This document shows, one piece after another, positions 58,267 to 64,000 of a stretch of 64,000 bases of DNA (its first letter is position 1; every line of letters starts with the position of its first letter). Under the pieces are notes generated by a model. It worked only from the letters and a program-made list of their open reading frames with translations, was not told the origin of the DNA and made no database searches. The translations under genes and the position numbers were made by a program. The DNA is from a bacterium (GTDB lineage: Bacteria > UBA8248). The stretch spans positions 3,392,001-3,456,000 of the forward strand of contig OZ244799.1 in the NCBI GenBank assembly GCA_965219955.1. Direction: 5' to 3'.

Positions 58267-58302
58267 AAAGCCGCCCCGCAGGTTCTCTGCGGGGCGGCTT
58301 TT
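58266..58302. terminator. Bidirectional Rho-independent terminator
   Basis: AAAAGCCGCCCCGCAG...CTGCGGGGCGGCTTTT between convergent genes. Confidence 0.88.
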
Positions 58303-58315
58303 TGTTCTGGAAAAA

Positions 58316-58759
58316 TCAGTTGGCCGGCATGGCCGCGATCTTCTCTCCCAAATCCTCGGCGAGAGGGGAGCCCAGGCTTTTGAGCTTTTCCAAATCCGCC
58401 AGGGCGGCCGCTTTGTTGCCGGCCATGACGTGGGCGACGCCCCTGTATTCGAGAGCGGGCGCGTAGTCGGGCTTGATGGAGAGCGCCCTGTTGTAGGCGG
58501 CGATGCCCTCTTTCGCCTTGCCCATCTTCCTCAGGGAATAGCCCAGCATGTTGAAGGCCTTGTAATGCTGATCGTCTTCTTCGATCACCTTCAGGAACAG
58601 GGCCGCCGCCTCCGCCCATTTTCCCTGCCGAGCCTTTTCCTCTCCTTGCGCATAATTCTGTCCAGCCATCTCGGGCTTGGGATCCCCCGCCGGATGGGAG
58701 GGCGCCGCCAGGGCGAGCGACATCACGAACGCGAAAACAACGAGGGACACGATTTTCAT
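58316..58759 (-). CDS. Exported tetratricopeptide repeat protein
   Basis: Signal peptide; AFNMLGYSLRKMG and ALEYRGVAH TPR motifs. Confidence 0.85.
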   Translation of the reverse strand: MKIVSLVVFAFVMSLALAAPSHPAGDPKPEMAGQNYAQGEEKARQGKWAEAAALFLKVIEEDDQHYKAFNMLGYSLRKMGKAKEGIAAYNRALSIKPDYAPALEYRGVAHVMAGNKAAALADLEKLKSLGSPLAEDLGEKIAAMPAN

Positions 58760-58868
58760 GGCATCATCTCCTGGAAACGAAACTTTCATCATTAGACGGC
58801 AAATTTTCGATTGGGCGCGTCCGTCGTTACACTTGAGCAAGACGCAGTTTCGGATTCAGGTATACGGC

Positions 58869-58915
58869 AAAAAAAGAGGGCCGTCATTCACCCCCTCGGG
58901 TAAGCGACGGCCCTC
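58869..58915 (-). terminator. atp operon terminator
   Basis: GAGGGCCGTC/GACGGCCCTC stem with T7 on the minus strand, just after atpC. Confidence 0.8.
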
Positions 58916-58929
58916 ATGCGAAATATCCG

Positions 58930-59355
58930 CTAGTTGTTGAGACCGCTTTGGTTCGCCACGGAAATGCGCGCGATGGCGCGCTTGAGGGCCATCTCGGCCC
59001 GATCGAAATCGAGTTCTTCCTCGGCCTTCTGACCCGACATGCGCTCCTGCGCGCGCTGCCGCGACGCCTGCGCGCGCCCGGCGTCGATGTCCTCGGCCCG
59101 CTCGGCGCTCTCCGCCAGGATGGTAATCTTCTCCGGGCCTACCTCGGCGTATCCCTCGATGATGGATACGAAATACCGCGCGCTGCCCGTGCGGTAGCTG
59201 AGCACCCCGACGCCGAGTTGGCACAGGTAGGGCGTGTGCTGGGGCAGCACGCCGAACTCGCCGTAAAACCCCGGAGCCGTCACCTCGTCCACCTCGGCGG
59301 AGACGAGCTTGCGCTCGGGCGTTACGATGTCGAGCATCATCTTGCCTTCAACCAT
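58930..59355 (-). CDS. atpC: ATP synthase F1 epsilon subunit
   Basis: LDIVTPER, GEFGVLPQH, LAESAERAEDID; operon position. Confidence 0.96.
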   Translation of the reverse strand: MVEGKMMLDIVTPERKLVSAEVDEVTAPGFYGEFGVLPQHTPYLCQLGVGVLSYRTGSARYFVSIIEGYAEVGPEKITILAESAERAEDIDAGRAQASRQRAQERMSGQKAEEELDFDRAEMALKRAIARISVANQSGLNN

Positions 59356-59359
59356 CCCG

Positions 59360-60820
<1,461 letters not shown>

Positions 60821-60866
60821 TCATCGAGCGGCTCTTTTCGGGGTTGTTTTCTCGTTTCAGAATCCT

Positions 60867-61748
60867 CTACGCCAGCGCATCCGCCCCGGCCACCACCTCG
60901 AGCAACTCCGTGGTGATCGAAGCCTGGCGCACACGGTTCATCTGCAACGTCAGCGCCCCGATCATTTCCTCGGCGTTTCTGGACGCGTTGTCCATCGCCG
61001 TCATGCGGGCGCCGAACTCGCTCGCCTCCGCGTCGAGAAGCGACCTGTAGATCTGCACCCGCACGTGCCTGGGCAGGATGCTGTCCAGCACGCCCTCCAT
61101 CGAGGGCTCGTAAATGTATTCCGCCGCTACGGGCTCGCCTTGCTCGTCGATTGACTCGGGCACCGGAGGCGCCAGGGGCAAAAGCCGCGAGAGCCTCGGG
61201 CTCTGGCTCAGAATCGTGCGAAACTCCGTGGTGATGATGTGGACCTCATCGAAGCCCTCTTCGAGATACGCCCTGGTCATAATATCGGCCAGTTGGGTGG
61301 CGAGGGCGAAGTCGATCTTCCCGTAGACGTCCGTGAATTGCTCCTTGAACGCGAACTCCCGTCGCGCCAGGAAATCACGTCCCTTGCGGCCCACGACGAT
61401 GATCTCGGTCTCCTTGCCCTCTTCCTCGCGCTTCCTCAGGAACTGAAACGCCTGGCGAAGCAGGTTGGTGTTGTAGCCCCCGCAAAGACCCTTGTCCGAG
61501 GTGATGACGAGCAGAAGCACGCGATCATCCTTCATGTCGTCCCGGAGAAGGGGGTGGGTGTCCGCCGAGACTTTCGCGGCCAGCGAATTCACCAGTTCTT
61601 CTATCTTCTCGCTGTAGGGCCGGGCGCTCTCGATGCGCTCCTGTGCTCTCCGCACCTTCGAGGCCGCCACGAGCTTCATCGCCCGCGTGATCTGCTGGGT
61701 GTTTTTTACGCTGCGAATGCGGCGCTTGTAATCTCTGGTAGAAGCCAT
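60867..61748 (-). CDS. atpG: ATP synthase F1 gamma subunit
   Basis: ITRAMKLVAASK, SDKGLCGGYN, RQASITTEL. Confidence 0.98.
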   Translation of the reverse strand: MASTRDYKRRIRSVKNTQQITRAMKLVAASKVRRAQERIESARPYSEKIEELVNSLAAKVSADTHPLLRDDMKDDRVLLLVITSDKGLCGGYNTNLLRQAFQFLRKREEEGKETEIIVVGRKGRDFLARREFAFKEQFTDVYGKIDFALATQLADIMTRAYLEEGFDEVHIITTEFRTILSQSPRLSRLLPLAPPVPESIDEQGEPVAAEYIYEPSMEGVLDSILPRHVRVQIYRSLLDAEASEFGARMTAMDNASRNAEEMIGALTLQMNRVRQASITTELLEVVAGADALA

Positions 61749-61754
61749 TTTCCA

Positions 61755-63296
<1,542 letters not shown>

Positions 63297-63334
63297 GGAT
63301 TGCCCCCTCGATGCTTCAACTGGTTCAGAGAGTA

Positions 63335-63877
63335 TCAACTCGTAATCAACGTATTCCTTAAATTGCGTAGCTGGTTCTTGATGCTGCCGTCCATGACGAC
63401 GCCGCCCACGCGGCAGACCAGCCCGCCAATCAGTGTCTCGTCCGTCTCGACTTCCATGTGCACCTCGCTGCCCGTAATCTCGGAGAGTTTTTTACGGAGT
63501 TCCTCGATGGCGTTTGCATCCAGGTCGTAGGCAGCCTTCACCTGGGCGCGTACCCGGCCGCGCTTCTCATCCGCAAGCTGCTGGTAGCTGTGCGCCATGT
63601 CGGAGAGTTCGCCGATGCGGTCTTTCTCGGCCACCACGCGCACGAAATTGCGCAACAACTCACCCGCGCCCGAAGCGGCCATGATCTCATCGATGATTTT
63701 CACCCGTTCTGCGCGCGCGAAACGCGGGTTGAGCAAAACGCGCCGCAACTCCTGGTTTCCCTGAAACTCGCCCGCTATCTCCGACAGCGCCTCTCCGGTC
63801 TCATCCAGAACGCCGCGGCTCTCGGCGATGTCCACCAATGCCCGCGCATAACGGCGCGCCGCCTCACCACCAATCAC
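63335..63877 (-). CDS. atpH: ATP synthase F1 delta subunit
   Basis: [20 protein letters not shown]; operon position. Confidence 0.95.
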   Translation of the reverse strand: MIGGEAARRYARALVDIAESRGVLDETGEALSEIAGEFQGNQELRRVLLNPRFARAERVKIIDEIMAASGAGELLRNFVRVVAEKDRIGELSDMAHSYQQLADEKRGRVRAQVKAAYDLDANAIEELRKKLSEITGSEVHMEVETDETLIGGLVCRVGGVVMDGSIKNQLRNLRNTLITS

Positions 63878-63999
63878 AGCGATCCTCCGTTTCTATCGTC
63901 GAGCCTGGCGAGATAGTTCTCTACGAATCTTTCCTGATCCGCCTCACCCAAATCTTTTTTGAGCATCTCCTCGGCCAGGTTCAACGCCAGGCTCGCCGC
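63874..63999 (-). CDS. atpF: ATP synthase F0 subunit b, C-terminal fragment
   Basis: AASLALNLAEEMLKKDLGEADQERFVENYLARL...*; stop overlaps the atpH GTG. Confidence 0.85.
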   Translation of the reverse strand, partial: AASLALNLAEEMLKKDLGEADQERFVENYLARLDDRNGGSL

Positions 64000-64000
64000 C

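Overview
High-GC bacterial chromosomal window. It runs from a lower-GC metabolic block (1-5.9 kb: ECF sigma, CoA transferase AB, APC permease with two USP domains, alpha/beta hydrolase) to the F1 part of the atp operon (atpF'-H-A-G-D-C at 58.9-64 kb). Between these are a cysteine dioxygenase-like gene, a GrdB/PrdB-family selenoprotein that the ORF track splits at an in-frame UGA (UxxC), and a layered defence hotspot at 8.6-14.9 kb. The hotspot holds an hsdM remnant, vapBC, DUF3883, DUF2971, a C5-methyltransferase/HNH fusion and vsr, and part of it is bracketed by a duplicated doxX 3' end. The rest is an intact IS256, fitAB and a long catabolic/transport region: three paralogous hydrolases, acyl-CoA enzymes, sugar- and peptide-type ABC components, an amidohydrolase-Rieske pair, two TPP E1 alpha/beta pairs without E2/E3, and a ~2 kb tandem duplication of a substrate-binding protein with a readable junction. 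Most large intergenic spacers are nested mosaics of several palindromic repeat families packaged between about 30 copies of a 15-bp terminus (GGGG[T/C]TGTTGAAAAA). Three of these units have exact 5-bp target-site duplications, which makes them MITE-like carriers with interchangeable REP cargo. All product calls come from motif recognition by eye; no database search was run. No rRNA, tRNA or CRISPR array was seen.
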